Positions 1 through 10,146 of a stretch of DNA of 64,000 nt are shown here, one piece after another. Under the pieces are notes generated by a model. The model saw only the letters and a list, made by a program, of their open reading frames with translations, made no database searches and was not told the origin of the DNA. Source of the stretch: Nitrososphaerales archaeon (lineage in GTDB: Archaea; Thermoproteota; Nitrososphaeria; Nitrososphaerales; UBA213); assembly GCA_965197925.1 (NCBI GenBank), contig CBDAOC010000019.1, positions 64,001-128,000 on the forward strand, read 5' to 3'. The stretch's first letter is position 1. The number at the start of each line of letters is the position of its first letter. Both the position numbers and the translations under genes were made by a program.

Positions 1-89
1 TGAATCATTTAATTTAGTGTGTTCTATTATGAATTTGCAATACATTATTCAACAACTATTAATTACCTGCACCAACGAAGCGGCTAATA

Positions 90-926
90 ATGGTAGATTC
101 CTCTGGAATAATATTCACACTTATAGCGGCCGTAAGCTGGGGCACCTACTTGGTACCAATCAAAAAGTTTGGTATCACTAATATTTTTCATACTCAAGGT
201 GCAATTGGAATAGGAGCGATTCTTCTAGCATTGGTAATATTGCCTTTTTATGGTTCCTTAACAATAGATATTTCTGGAATAACCGCAGGTGCCATTTGGG
301 TCTCAGGTAGTACCCTAGGTATTTTTGCCATCAAATACTTAGGTTTAGGAAGAACAGCACCATTAGTAGGAAGTATAATAATTATAACATCATTTCTCTG
401 GGGCCTAATATTTTTCCAGGAGCAATTAAATTCGCTTTCTTATGCAGTAATAGGTGTAGCAATGCTTTCTTCTGGAATGCCATTAGTTGCTGTTAGAGAA
501 AAGAAACGCAGAGATTTGAGGGGCTACATTATAGCTGTGCTTGCCGGAATTCTGTGGGGAAGTGTTTTCGTTCCAATTCGGTTGATAAGTGAAATGGAAA
601 ACAGCTTCTTTTCGATGTCCGTGGTAATATTTGTAGTTGGTATTGGGATACTTATTGCCACGAGGCGCTTTCGAAAGAAAGAGACGATAACTGGTATAGT
701 GTCTGGCGCAATATGGAACGTAGGAAATGTTGCGAGCTTTCTTGCAGTTGCTGTACTAGGTCTAACTATTGGATATCCATTAACACAATTAGCCTTGCTG
801 TTCAACATATCGTGGGGCTTATTCTACTTCAAAGAAGCATCACGGCGTAAGAGCTTTGCAACAATATACGCCGGGGCAGCAATTATGATTCTAGGTTCAG
901 TATTCCTATCGTATAGTTCAGGATGA
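90..926 (+). CDS. DMT-superfamily (GRP/glucose-uptake-like) transporter
   Basis: 278 aa, about 10 hydrophobic segments in two repeated halves (WGTYLVP / WGSVFVP; G.IW..G), typical of the GRP/DMT family. Confidence 0.75.
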   Translation: MVDSSGIIFTLIAAVSWGTYLVPIKKFGITNIFHTQGAIGIGAILLALVILPFYGSLTIDISGITAGAIWVSGSTLGIFAIKYLGLGRTAPLVGSIIIITSFLWGLIFFQEQLNSLSYAVIGVAMLSSGMPLVAVREKKRRDLRGYIIAVLAGILWGSVFVPIRLISEMENSFFSMSVVIFVVGIGILIATRRFRKKETITGIVSGAIWNVGNVASFLAVAVLGLTIGYPLTQLALLFNISWGLFYFKEASRRKSFATIYAGAAIMILGSVFLSYSSG

Positions 927-1907
927 CTTTAAGATAGCCGCTGCTTGTTTCGCAAAATATGTTATAATTATGTCCGCACCTGCACGTTTTATTGACGTCA
1001 ACAATTCGAGAATTACTACATCTTCATCTATCATTCCTTGCTTCCCAGCAGCTTTTACCAGTGCATATTCTCCTGACACGCTGAAAGCTGCTAACGGTAC
1101 ATGATACATCTGTTTTGCTCTGTAGATGAGGTCTAAATAAGCAATAGCTGGTTTGACCATCACTAGATCGGCACCCTCGTTTATGTCAAGTTCGATTTCC
1201 CGAAGGGCTTCATTTGGATTTGAATAGGATAATTGGTAGCTTTTGCGGTCCCCAAATTTTGGGGCAGAGTGCGCAGCATCCCTGAATGGGGCATACATTG
1301 GAGAAGCATGCTTTGCAGAATACGACAATATTGCCACATCCGTGAAACCATTATCATCCAGGCCTGCTCTTATTGCCTTCACTTGCCCGTCCATCATAGC
1401 AGACGGAGCAACGATATCTGTTCCTGCTCGTGCATGACTTACAGCTATCTTCGCAAGTGTTTCAATACTTCTATCATTGTCTATAGTTGTATCATTTACA
1501 AGCCCGCAATGTCCATTTGTAGTGTATTGACATAAACACACATCAGTTACAATTGCAACTTCGTCTGCAACCTCTTTCCTGATCAACGAGACTGCTTTTT
1601 GCACAATACCGTTGTCGTCAAATGCTGATGTGCCAAGGTCGTCCTTTTTAGCTGGTATACCGAATATTATTACCGCAGGGATGCCTAAAGATGTTATTTC
1701 CCTTACTTCATCTGTAACAAATCCTATTGGCAAGGTCTTCATTCCTGGAAGTGATCTTATATCCTCCGGTTCTGACAACCCTTCTTGCACAAACAATGGA
1801 GCAACAAGATCACTTGTGGAAAGACGGACATCTTGCAACAAGTCTCTAATCTTTCTATTTTTTCTTAATCTTAAAGACCTTACCTTTGGAAAACAACTAT
1901 CGCTCAT
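918..1907 (-). CDS. hemB: Porphobilinogen synthase (ALA dehydratase)
   Basis: DVCLCQYTTNGHCG Zn-binding motif, APSAMMDG, YSAK, MVKPA, SGEY. Confidence 0.97.
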   Translation of the reverse strand: MSDSCFPKVRSLRLRKNRKIRDLLQDVRLSTSDLVAPLFVQEGLSEPEDIRSLPGMKTLPIGFVTDEVREITSLGIPAVIIFGIPAKKDDLGTSAFDDNGIVQKAVSLIRKEVADEVAIVTDVCLCQYTTNGHCGLVNDTTIDNDRSIETLAKIAVSHARAGTDIVAPSAMMDGQVKAIRAGLDDNGFTDVAILSYSAKHASPMYAPFRDAAHSAPKFGDRKSYQLSYSNPNEALREIELDINEGADLVMVKPAIAYLDLIYRAKQMYHVPLAAFSVSGEYALVKAAGKQGMIDEDVVILELLTSIKRAGADIIITYFAKQAAAILKSS

Positions 1908-3156
1908 ATTTGAACAGCTTTAAAACAGCCTTCATAAGTTCTTTATCGTCGTATTCCGAAGCCTTTCTAAAAGTATCCATGGGATTTGAGAGAATTCCTT
2001 CTACGATCGCATGGCTTAGCTGTTCTACAACTTTCTTTTGTTTCTCATCTAGATCACCGAGAATCTGCAAAGCCTTCCCTAACTCTCTTTCACGAATATT
2101 ATGAACTTTCTTGAATAGTGTATCCACCACGGCGTCAGCTTCTAATCTCTTCAACCTTGCTTCTACTGAATACACTCCATCCTCTATGATTCTTTCTGCA
2201 TCCTTCACCTCTTTCATCCTTACATTCATGTTCCTTTCGACCAACGATGAAACATCATCTATGTTAATCAAATGCAGATTCTTCAATGCAGCAGCTTTCT
2301 CATCCACAGTTCTGGGACTGGATAGGTCTATAATGACCATTGGCGTGTGCCTATCACGCATAGCATCCTTCGCTCTTTCAAAAGTAATAAGGAAGTAAGG
2401 CGCGGTGGTTGCAACGAACAGAACATCAATTTCCTCCAACATCTCAAGTGCATTATCAAATGGAATTGGTTTACCCCCGGCAGCCCCAGAGAATGATCTT
2501 GCTCGTTCTAACGTTCTGCTGGTAACCATAAAGTCGATCCCTCGCGTATTCAATGTCTTTGCAACTAGACTCGCAGCTTCACCAGACCCTATGATCATTA
2601 CCTTCTTGCCATTAAGACTATTCATATGTTCTTCAGCAAGTTTAACCGCCATAGAACCGTATGATACAGTTCCTTTGTTGATGCTTGTACTCGATCTAAC
2701 CCTACCTCCTATTTTTATTGCATTGTCAAACAAAAGCCCAAGAAATGAACCAGCAAATCGATTCTTCTTTGCAGAATCAAAAGCACGCTTCACCTGACCA
2801 AGGATTTGATCCTCTCCTATGACTAGTGAATCCAAGCCTGAAGCAAGTTTCATTAAATGCAGCACGGCTTCTTTTCCTGCACTAATCTCCACATGATCTT
2901 CAAATAATTCACTTTTGAAGCCAACACTCTTGGCCCAGGAATCTACAACGTTTTTATGATCTAAATTATCCGTTGCAATATAGACTTCGACCCTGTTACA
3001 TGTCTGCACGATAACACATTCCTTAGATCCATTTGTTTTGAATGATTGATATGCAGCTTCGAGTTCCTTAAAGGTGAACTTCTCGAGTAGATGTATAGAA
3101 GTTTTCCTATACGTCACCCTTGCATTGATCACATGAAGATCGTTCATCATTGCCAT
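1897..3156 (-). CDS. hemA: Glutamyl-tRNA reductase
   Basis: TCNRVEVY catalytic motif, GLDSLVIGEDQILGQVK, Rossmann GSGE; overlaps hemB. Confidence 0.97.
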   Translation of the reverse strand: MAMMNDLHVINARVTYRKTSIHLLEKFTFKELEAAYQSFKTNGSKECVIVQTCNRVEVYIATDNLDHKNVVDSWAKSVGFKSELFEDHVEISAGKEAVLHLMKLASGLDSLVIGEDQILGQVKRAFDSAKKNRFAGSFLGLLFDNAIKIGGRVRSSTSINKGTVSYGSMAVKLAEEHMNSLNGKKVMIIGSGEAASLVAKTLNTRGIDFMVTSRTLERARSFSGAAGGKPIPFDNALEMLEEIDVLFVATTAPYFLITFERAKDAMRDRHTPMVIIDLSSPRTVDEKAAALKNLHLINIDDVSSLVERNMNVRMKEVKDAERIIEDGVYSVEARLKRLEADAVVDTLFKKVHNIRERELGKALQILGDLDEKQKKVVEQLSHAIVEGILSNPMDTFRKASEYDDKELMKAVLKLFKYER

Positions 3157-3812
3157 TTCTCCAGTATCTCTATTGCGGTACTTTTAGCATCATCAAAGTT
3201 CTTACTCTTAATGAGGCTATTAATTTTCTTATCTTTAATTACAGAATAAAGATACTTCTTTCTAGCATTTGAGTCTTTAAGTACACCCCTAGCGGCACCT
3301 CTTGCGAAATTGGCCAACTTTACATATTCAACATCTTCTTTCCTAATCAGTCTCCTTAGAGTACTCTCCGCCTTTATTCTTAAAATTCTAGCCATTGCGG
3401 GGCTCTTCCCTTTAGTAGAAATTGCAACAAACACTGTATCATCAATGTTTATGATCGACAAGTAGGTAAGATCGCTAACTACTGGATCATCGGCTGCATA
3501 AGCAAATGCACCTATCTTCTTTGCTTTATTCACGAGTTCTCTATTCAGTGAGCGATCATTTGTACATGCAAGAAGTAGGAAGGGTTTCTCAAACTTGTCG
3601 ATTAAATCAGCGTCTTTCAATGTTGTTTTGACAATATCTATCTTGCCCTCATTAGCGAGTTCGAGGAGAAATTTATTTAACCTATTACTCACAACCATTA
3701 TCTTGCAATTCTGTCCCAAAAGCGATTTTACCTTCCTAGTGCCTTCGATGCCTCCACCGATGACTATAACCAGCTTACCAACAATATTCAGGTCTACTAT
3801 CAACCTATTCAC
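3147..3812 (-). CDS. Precorrin-2 dehydrogenase / sirohydrochlorin ferrochelatase (SirC/CysG N-terminal type)
   Basis: VIVIGGG Rossmann motif, ADDP, AISTKGKSPAMAR; first gene of the heme operon. Confidence 0.9.
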   Translation of the reverse strand: MNRLIVDLNIVGKLVIVIGGGIEGTRKVKSLLGQNCKIMVVSNRLNKFLLELANEGKIDIVKTTLKDADLIDKFEKPFLLLACTNDRSLNRELVNKAKKIGAFAYAADDPVVSDLTYLSIINIDDTVFVAISTKGKSPAMARILRIKAESTLRRLIRKEDVEYVKLANFARGAARGVLKDSNARKKYLYSVIKDKKINSLIKSKNFDDAKSTAIEILEKWQ

Positions 3813-4106
3813 CGAGATGGGCTAGCGTGTGTTTGTAAGGTATTTATACATTCTACTTGTTTAAAAAAACAGGTTTAGAATTGAGTTATATAACTCATAG
3901 ATAACAACTAGATAACACAAATTCATCATTAATACCTTCGTAGAGGAATAAACCTAAACCCAGATTTAACAAATAATTCCTAGATACTATCCGTTATCAT
4001 TTCTACTAAACTCAACCACCAGATAGAATTTTGTGACATGCTCCAAGTTAATTCTTAATAGAAAATTCTTAATAGAAAAGACATTTTTATAAACTTACTA
4101 GAGGAA

Positions 4107-4325
4107 TTGAAGACTGGATTGGAACGTTCAAGAATTAGAAAGAACATAAAGATAGGTGCAAGAGTAAAAATAGTTGAAAAACAGAATCAAAAAATAGGAA
4201 AACTAACTGAAGGAATTGTAAAAGAAATTCTAACTCATTCTTCTGAACATCCATACGGAATTAAGATCATGCTAGAAAGTGGTGCCATTGGACGTGTGAA
4301 AGAAATTGTAGATCTACATAGTTAA
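4107..4325 (+). CDS. YwbE/DUF2196-family small protein
   Basis: LTEGIVKEILT..HPYGIKIMLESG.IGRVKEI pattern. Confidence 0.75.
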   Translation: MKTGLERSRIRKNIKIGARVKIVEKQNQKIGKLTEGIVKEILTHSSEHPYGIKIMLESGAIGRVKEIVDLHS

Positions 4326-4328
4326 AGC

Positions 4329-4517
4329 ATGTCGGACAGCAAATCAAGTACGCTAGAAAAAACTATACAAGCTGGAGATGGCCTAACAATAGAATACAAA
4401 TCCTCTTTCAAATATGATATAAATAGATTTAAATCCACTGGTGTTAAGACACAAAACAAGTTTGTGGAAAAAGAGTCTCGATATCATTACTATTGGGAAC
4501 GAAATCGAATAAAGTAA
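4329..4517 (+). pseudogene. Truncated AlbA_2/Schlafen-like domain fragment
   Basis: GDGLTIEYKSSF matches the start of AlbA_2 domains (E...EFKSS); the ORF ends after 62 aa. Confidence 0.5.
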
Positions 4518-4791
4518 AGATTAGTCAATTCACCTTTATCATAAATTTCATAATATTGAAAGATTACACCATATCACAACATGTGTGGGAGGTCAAGGGT
4601 GTACTCATACCCTTCACCTGAGAACCCTTTCTAGTATTATCCCCTGAATGGGGAAACAGAGGGAATTGGATGAAGGGATATAAGTATTGCAACGAACAAA
4701 ACAGAAAGTGTCAGGTAAATATGCAGACGAAAAGGCAGATCTAAACCCTAGGTCATGGTTATAAAAATATCGTCAAACTTCTATCCGTTAC

Positions 4792-5310
4792 ATGATAAAA
4801 ATGGCACTTTTTTATCATGGTCTTAGTTACATTCTTGCACTCATTGGAGTAGTTATAGCTCAGCAGGTTATTCCGGAGTACGAAGCGCCTCTTATTCCGC
4901 TTACGTTAGCTGATGCTCTAAGTGCGGGACCATTTGAGGAGAGAATATTTTTTGGCATACCATTTTATGCAACAGGTAAGCATTATGAAGTTTTGGGAAT
5001 GGGAATTGTTTGGGCATCAGGCCATATACTAAATACAGAAATTCTTGAATTGAGTAATTTAGCTTACGAAAACTTGTCGTTTGTTATACCTACGATATTC
5101 TTCGGTCTTAGAACTTGGGCTAGCGGAAAGGGTTGGTTTGCTATCATAGTGCATTCTTCGTGGAATGATACTATCTTTGGTATGTTATATGTTGCTGGTG
5201 AAATTCAATGCAGTGTCTTTAGAAATAATGTGGAGGTCCTTGTTATAGAAATAGGTACTATCGTATCAAGCGGTGTACTTTTAGCAATAACATACAAATT
5301 ATATCTATAG
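4792..5310 (+). CDS. CPBP (CAAX/Abi) intramembrane metalloprotease-like protein
   Basis: EERIF, WASGH and HSSWN motifs in a multi-TM protein. Confidence 0.7.
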   Translation: MIKMALFYHGLSYILALIGVVIAQQVIPEYEAPLIPLTLADALSAGPFEERIFFGIPFYATGKHYEVLGMGIVWASGHILNTEILELSNLAYENLSFVIPTIFFGLRTWASGKGWFAIIVHSSWNDTIFGMLYVAGEIQCSVFRNNVEVLVIEIGTIVSSGVLLAITYKLYL

Positions 5311-5805
5311 AGACGAGATCGGGGGGGGAAAACCTTGACAGTGTTTAATTTTACTAAACTAACTCTCTATTTTATAACATAAACAATTTGCTATAAACTC
5401 ATTGCATAATATATGGAGCTTCATAATAGCGCATTCTCCACTTACCTTTCCTTGCATCCATTCCTTATAGCCTTGGATAGATTCCGGACCCATAGGCACC
5501 AATAATGAAGAACAACAATTATCTCAGGAAAGAACTGACGCTTGGCTCAAGCTTTTTTCGATGCCTAAATTTCATAGTCATTGTTCAGGTCATGCCAGGG
5601 GAAGTCATTTGCTTATGTCGGTTTCAGAATTAGGGGCAAAAACACTAATCCTATTCATACTTGATATCCAAGTGAACAAAACAATCTCAAAGAATTTAGT
5701 TCTGGTTGAAGAGAGGAAAAGATATAATTTATCATAAGCATACAAAGAGAAACCATTCTCGAGTAAGAAAAAAATTCAGGTGAAGCTAAATCAGAAAAAT
5801 AAGGG

Positions 5806-5955
5806 TCAATTACTGTGTCCACAACCGCAACCTCCCATGCCACCGTGATCGTCATGACCACGACCTTCAGAACAGGTTGGACATGTCTTGGTATCGGTTT
5901 CGGACATGAATGTTGTGCCACATGTAACGCATTTTACTTTTTGTATGCCTTCCAT
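5806..5955 (-). CDS. 49-aa Cys/His-rich metal-binding microprotein (not in ORF track)
   Basis: Hand translation MEGIQKVKCVTCGTTFMSETDTKTCPTCSEGRGHDDHGGMGGCGCGHSN: two CxxC motifs plus an HDDH/GCGCGH tail. Confidence 0.7.
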   Translation of the reverse strand: MEGIQKVKCVTCGTTFMSETDTKTCPTCSEGRGHDDHGGMGGCGCGHSN

Positions 5956-6159
5956 TAACTTACTCAATCTGTTGGCACTATTAAACTATTCGCTGGGATT
6001 GGCTTTACTTTTTGTATGCCTTCTCGCTATTCCTATAAAGTGAATAGTGTAATTACTGATATGACATGTGGATATCTATGAGAAGTTTATGAAGATATTA
6101 CCAGTATTGGTTATAGCAACAACATTCTAAATTATTAGCGAATATTTTATGTATAAGTT

Positions 6160-6465
6160 GTGGTTAAGAAAAACATGTCTTTAGAACCTAAGGCAAGGGA
6201 TGTGTTAGACCAGTTGATCGATAGTGCAATCAGATACTTGCCAAAGAATTTGAAAATTACTCGTGATGCAAAGGATAGATTGAAGTACGAGCATGATGCC
6301 GAGGTCTTCTTCGGTATGGTTTGGGGCTCAGTCTTGGTAGGCTTTCAAGGTTATATGTCGCAGTTTTTCGGTAGGCAACCAACAGATAAAGAATTTAAGG
6401 AGCTTGTTGATGTTTTTACAGCACGGGCACAGCAAGTAAAAACTAAAATTTCTACTTCCGATTAA
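6160..6465 (+). CDS. Hypothetical protein
   Basis: 101-aa ORF with protein-like composition and an AT-rich upstream region. Confidence 0.55.
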   Translation: MVKKNMSLEPKARDVLDQLIDSAIRYLPKNLKITRDAKDRLKYEHDAEVFFGMVWGSVLVGFQGYMSQFFGRQPTDKEFKELVDVFTARAQQVKTKISTSD

Positions 6466-6673
6466 AATGGAAAAATCAAGAGAAATTCTGAGTGTGTGGA
6501 GAAATTAACCAATAAGGACCTTCATACACAGCATAATACAATCTTATAAAGAGAATCCAAACACTGACGTAATGGAGGCAATAGGACCTTGTACAAGAAA
6601 AGAAGCGAGAATTTGTAAATTATTATGAAGACATTAAAATTTGTCCAGTCATTAAAGTGTGAAGTACATAATC

Positions 6674-8221
6674 TCATTTCTTGGAACGACGGGCCGAGTT
6701 TCCGACGGCAGTAAGAAACATAATGCTCTTGCCTTCTGCATGGGGTGAGAAAAATTCTGTTACAGGATCATCATAAAATGTTATACCCGAAGCACCAAGG
6801 TTTAAGGCATAGGCTGCAAGGTATAGTTTCCCCCCTGTGATAGCTGCTTCTAATTGCGCAACGCGATAGCCTCGATCACCAAGACGTTCTAACGCACTTT
6901 TTAAATCAGTTAGAAAGTAAACGTTCACTGAGGCGTCGCCGGCCAAATCCTGACCTAAATCCAGAAAGCGCGCTTCTTCACGAAAATTCCCTTTTTCTAA
7001 GAGTTCTAAAGCCCGATTTTCTCGATGCAACATATAGCTACCACTTTCTAGTCCGTTAACATCATTGACAATGAGGTATATGTCGTTCAGGTAGCCGCCA
7101 TTTCCTAAACAATCAAACGGTGTACCATGAGTGGAGGCGTCTAGAATTGTAGAAATTTCTTGGAAAGTAATTGGAGTTGGATGAAACTTACGTATCGATC
7201 CACGTTTAGTAATTACTTTCTCAATTGACTCAACAGGTTGATCTTTAGTGACAGGTTTTAACTGAACCAATTTTCCTTTTGGTGGAACCTTGGCGTAAGA
7301 TAGCGGGGACTCACGCCATTTATCCACTTCGGCACTGCTAGATAGATTCGAAGCAGTGTGAGTAGCAGATACTACAGTATAGTTTATCTGTGATTCTGAT
7401 AGTGGAATTGTTTTTAGATTTAGAGGCTCAATTCGCTTGACATCAGTAGGACACATAGAAGGCGCATAGCCCAAAGGGACCAAGCTCATTGTTGCCTCGA
7501 ATTTACTATCAATGTCCAAAAGACTATTCACCTCATCATCAACAAAACCCATAACCAGTTTTGTAGGCAAGTTTAACGCACTTGCTTCTGCCAACGTGTT
7601 AGCCAATATTGTACCATTATCCCAGAAACAATGACGATATGTACGATCATTATACTTCCAACTATTTCGCCAAAACGTACTTGTGAATGCTATAGTAACA
7701 GGTGCGTCTATGATAGAAGTTTCCTTGCCCGTAGCATTCGCCAACGTTCCTCGATAGTCACCATCTCTAATACGGTTTAATTTCATGTCAGGAAAGCGAA
7801 CATCAAAATGATAAACGCCTGCCTTTAAATCGGGCAACTCACCACAAATTGCGTAAAGATCAATGTGATAGAGAGCACCTGTACATGCAGCGGCCCGGAA
7901 TGGATGAAATTGATCTCCGTAATTAATGACTTTGGTAATACCAGCTGAAAAATATAGAACTTGACTTAATTCTTGCAGAGTAGGCACGCGGTCTCGGTCA
8001 CATGATATTTTATTGGACGATATTGCATCAAGGGCAGTAATTCCAAATACGCTAATTTTGTCCGGGAACAGAATTTGTTCTACTCGTTCATCATTATAAA
8101 TCTTATAAGGAATTGGCTTCATTCTTGGATCCAAAGCATATGGATAGGACCCATGTCCATATGGTGAGTGTTTTGTAAAGTTGTGATATTTTAGTGCCAC
8201 ACTTGTATCATCATTCTTCAT
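6674..8221 (-). CDS. SagB/ThcOx-type tandem nitroreductase-domain dehydrogenase
   Basis: YHNFTKH, RAAACTGALY, WKY..RTYRHCFWDNG, second domain with R.SIRKF and GITFYDD; ATG at 8221 preferred. Confidence 0.85.
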   Translation of the reverse strand: MKNDDTSVALKYHNFTKHSPYGHGSYPYALDPRMKPIPYKIYNDERVEQILFPDKISVFGITALDAISSNKISCDRDRVPTLQELSQVLYFSAGITKVINYGDQFHPFRAAACTGALYHIDLYAICGELPDLKAGVYHFDVRFPDMKLNRIRDGDYRGTLANATGKETSIIDAPVTIAFTSTFWRNSWKYNDRTYRHCFWDNGTILANTLAEASALNLPTKLVMGFVDDEVNSLLDIDSKFEATMSLVPLGYAPSMCPTDVKRIEPLNLKTIPLSESQINYTVVSATHTASNLSSSAEVDKWRESPLSYAKVPPKGKLVQLKPVTKDQPVESIEKVITKRGSIRKFHPTPITFQEISTILDASTHGTPFDCLGNGGYLNDIYLIVNDVNGLESGSYMLHRENRALELLEKGNFREEARFLDLGQDLAGDASVNVYFLTDLKSALERLGDRGYRVAQLEAAITGGKLYLAAYALNLGASGITFYDDPVTEFFSPHAEGKSIMFLTAVGNSARRSKK

Positions 8222-8346
8222 TCCAACTCTCCTAAAGTGAACAAGTATCAAAACTATTTATAACATTACTTCATGGGAAAGTGTTGTCAAAGCCGGAGTG
8301 GCTATGTAGTGCTTGAACAAATGTATGCCTTACCGTAGTAAAGAGT

Positions 8347-8411
8347 ACTTAGAGCCTATCTTAAAATTAACATCATAGCCTAATTGTTTATACCGAAACA
8401 GATCTAGAATA
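8347..8411 (+). repeat. 65-bp dispersed repeat, probable orphan IS left end (copy 1)
   Basis: Near-identical to 51547-51611; also resembles the sequence upstream of the IS5-type remnant at 37059 (..aaaatta..cagatctag.at). Confidence 0.7.
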
Positions 8412-8612
8412 GTACTATTAGCATTTTACAGGCACGGTATTTTATGTTTACCATAAAATAGGGCATAAAATAGCACGAGTTTTCAATTTAGGTAGCACAC
8501 CTAGGTAGCACACCTAGGTTTACAAAAAGGTGTGTACTAGGTAGCACACACACCTTTACGTAAAAGTGTGCTACCTAAAATGCCCTAATAGTACTGCGCT
8601 AGCGCAGCACTA
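8408..8612. repeat. Iterated and inverted repeat cluster (origin- or terminus-like)
   Basis: TAGGTAGCACAC at 8489, 8502 and 8538, inverted at 8566-8577; 8411-8428 pairs with 8576-8595; perfect palindrome CTGCGCTAGCGCAG near 8594. Confidence 0.85.
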
Positions 8613-8732
8613 TGATGTATTAAAAGTAAAGTAATAAGTCAATAATATTTACATTTTTCGAGGGGTAGCCAGACGATACGAAGGACCGAGGTCCCTATAT
8701 ACATATAGTATATTATTACTGTTTAAAGATTC

Positions 8733-8741
8733 AACGTCATA
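8733..8741 (+). promoter_or_regulatory. Element motif A (AACGTCATA)
   Basis: 27 nt before the ATG at 8760; recurs six times in the two viral segments. Confidence 0.6.
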
Positions 8742-8759
8742 TACTCCCCTCCCTATACC

Positions 8760-9047
8760 ATGGGCTTACTACAGATACTCACTACTGCACTACAGCAATA
8801 CAGGCAGGGTATAGTATTCGCTATCCAGCAGGGTAAGGTATATGATATTATGCTATATATCAACTCAATGAACAGCGTCCTACCAAAACAGTCACGATGC
8901 AAACTACCCAAGCCACCAAGCAGGGATAACACAAGACCGTCGTCAATGAGCACCGCACAATGGGAGTGGGCTAATGAGGCACTGCCAAAACTTGAGGACA
9001 CGATCAGCGAATACCTACAGAGCACATTCAAGGATATGGAACTATGA
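8760..9047 (+). CDS. Hypothetical viral protein
   Basis: 95 aa, coupled to the ATPase by an ATGA overlap, preceded by motif A. Confidence 0.65.
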   Translation: MGLLQILTTALQQYRQGIVFAIQQGKVYDIMLYINSMNSVLPKQSRCKLPKPPSRDNTRPSSMSTAQWEWANEALPKLEDTISEYLQSTFKDMEL

Positions 9048-10060
9048 GCGAACAACAACAAAAACACTACAGCGAGAGAACCACGACACTGCTAGGCATC
9101 CCCATCCTTCAAAAACACTCACCTAACCCCGTAGTCAACAATATCCTTAACCATAACTCGTTAAGCGGATATACGGGCATACTATCGATAGGACATAGCG
9201 GCTCAGGCAAAACTACGATAGTTTCCTTGTTATCCCACTTATTACACGAAAAACAAAACTTTGCGGTCTATGATTACGGGGCGGATGAACTGATGGACGT
9301 TAATAACATCATAAAAAAAATGCCAAAAGCACCGTCAATACTGAAATTCGATGATGCCAGCTACACTTTTGCGTCAATGTCTGAACCTGAGCGCAACAAG
9401 CTAGCGTCAGGCCTTACGACGATCAGGCATGAGGTTAAGAATCCAGTGATAGTGTTTATGAATATCCACTACAGCAAGGCACTCGAAAAATTCTTCAGGG
9501 ACACGGATTTCAAGATTCTCACATCAATATCGGATGAAGAAATGGATAACTTCCAAAAATTGTTTGGATTTAAAAACACAATGAAACTACATAGATTCAC
9601 CAGGCTATATCGCTCAATGATGCTGCGAAAAAAATTCATTATAGGCAAGTACACCTATTCCACACACAAACCATTCCGCATTGCATTGATTAGCGAATTG
9701 GGTAAACTGCATGGAGTTCTTTATTATCGTGATGCATGTAACAAATGCGTCAAGGATTTTCATACGGAAGAAATGCCCGCAAGGGATCTAGTGGATAAAT
9801 TACTTGCAGAAAATGGCAGGGATAAGACACGGTCATGCCTACGGTGGTATCTATATTTCAATCAGAATCGGAACACTGCAATTGACAGCAGGACACGTTC
9901 AGTATTCAATACGATAAACAAGTATGCACATGAATGCAAAATCGATTGGGATGAGATGGAAAAAATAATACATGAGGAATTATTCCGTGAAAGAAAAAAA
10001 CGACATGAAACACTGGTCAAGGTAACACATGAAAAGAAAACCGTGGATGATGCGGCTTGA
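9044..10060 (+). CDS. Viral P-loop ATPase (possible packaging/assembly ATPase)
   Basis: Walker A GHSGSGKT, Walker B ILKFDDAS, C-terminal CxxC. Confidence 0.8.
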   Translation: MSEQQQKHYSERTTTLLGIPILQKHSPNPVVNNILNHNSLSGYTGILSIGHSGSGKTTIVSLLSHLLHEKQNFAVYDYGADELMDVNNIIKKMPKAPSILKFDDASYTFASMSEPERNKLASGLTTIRHEVKNPVIVFMNIHYSKALEKFFRDTDFKILTSISDEEMDNFQKLFGFKNTMKLHRFTRLYRSMMLRKKFIIGKYTYSTHKPFRIALISELGKLHGVLYYRDACNKCVKDFHTEEMPARDLVDKLLAENGRDKTRSCLRWYLYFNQNRNTAIDSRTRSVFNTINKYAHECKIDWDEMEKIIHEELFRERKKRHETLVKVTHEKKTVDDAA

Positions 10061-10114
10061 TACCAGTCTTAACAACTCTTATCCAATGGCGAGCGGAATA
10101 AAATCCTAAATTCC

Positions 10115-10126
10115 AACGTCATAACC
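10115..10126 (+). promoter_or_regulatory. Element motif A (AACGTCATAACC)
   Basis: 32 nt before the ATG at 10147. Confidence 0.65.
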
Positions 10127-10146
10127 CTACAAATGATTGGTAGGAC

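Noticed and set aside
4590..4690. Structured ncRNA or IS200/IS605-type end (AAGGGT..ACCCTT and TCCCC..GGGGA hairpins)
   Set aside because: Stems are short, there is no second copy or adjacent transposase, and no family can be assigned by eye
5655..5921. 88-aa ORF from the track
   Set aside because: Overlaps the more convincing 49-aa Cys/His ORF in another frame on the same strand
4792..8221. Complete azole-containing RiPP cluster (CPBP, Cys-rich peptide, SagB)
   Set aside because: No YcaO cyclodehydratase or transporter, the genes are not co-oriented, and the peptide's CxxC pairs fit a zinc ribbon better
8489..8577. Mini-CRISPR from the TAGGTAGCACAC repeats
   Set aside because: Repeats are only 12 bp, irregularly spaced, and one is inverted
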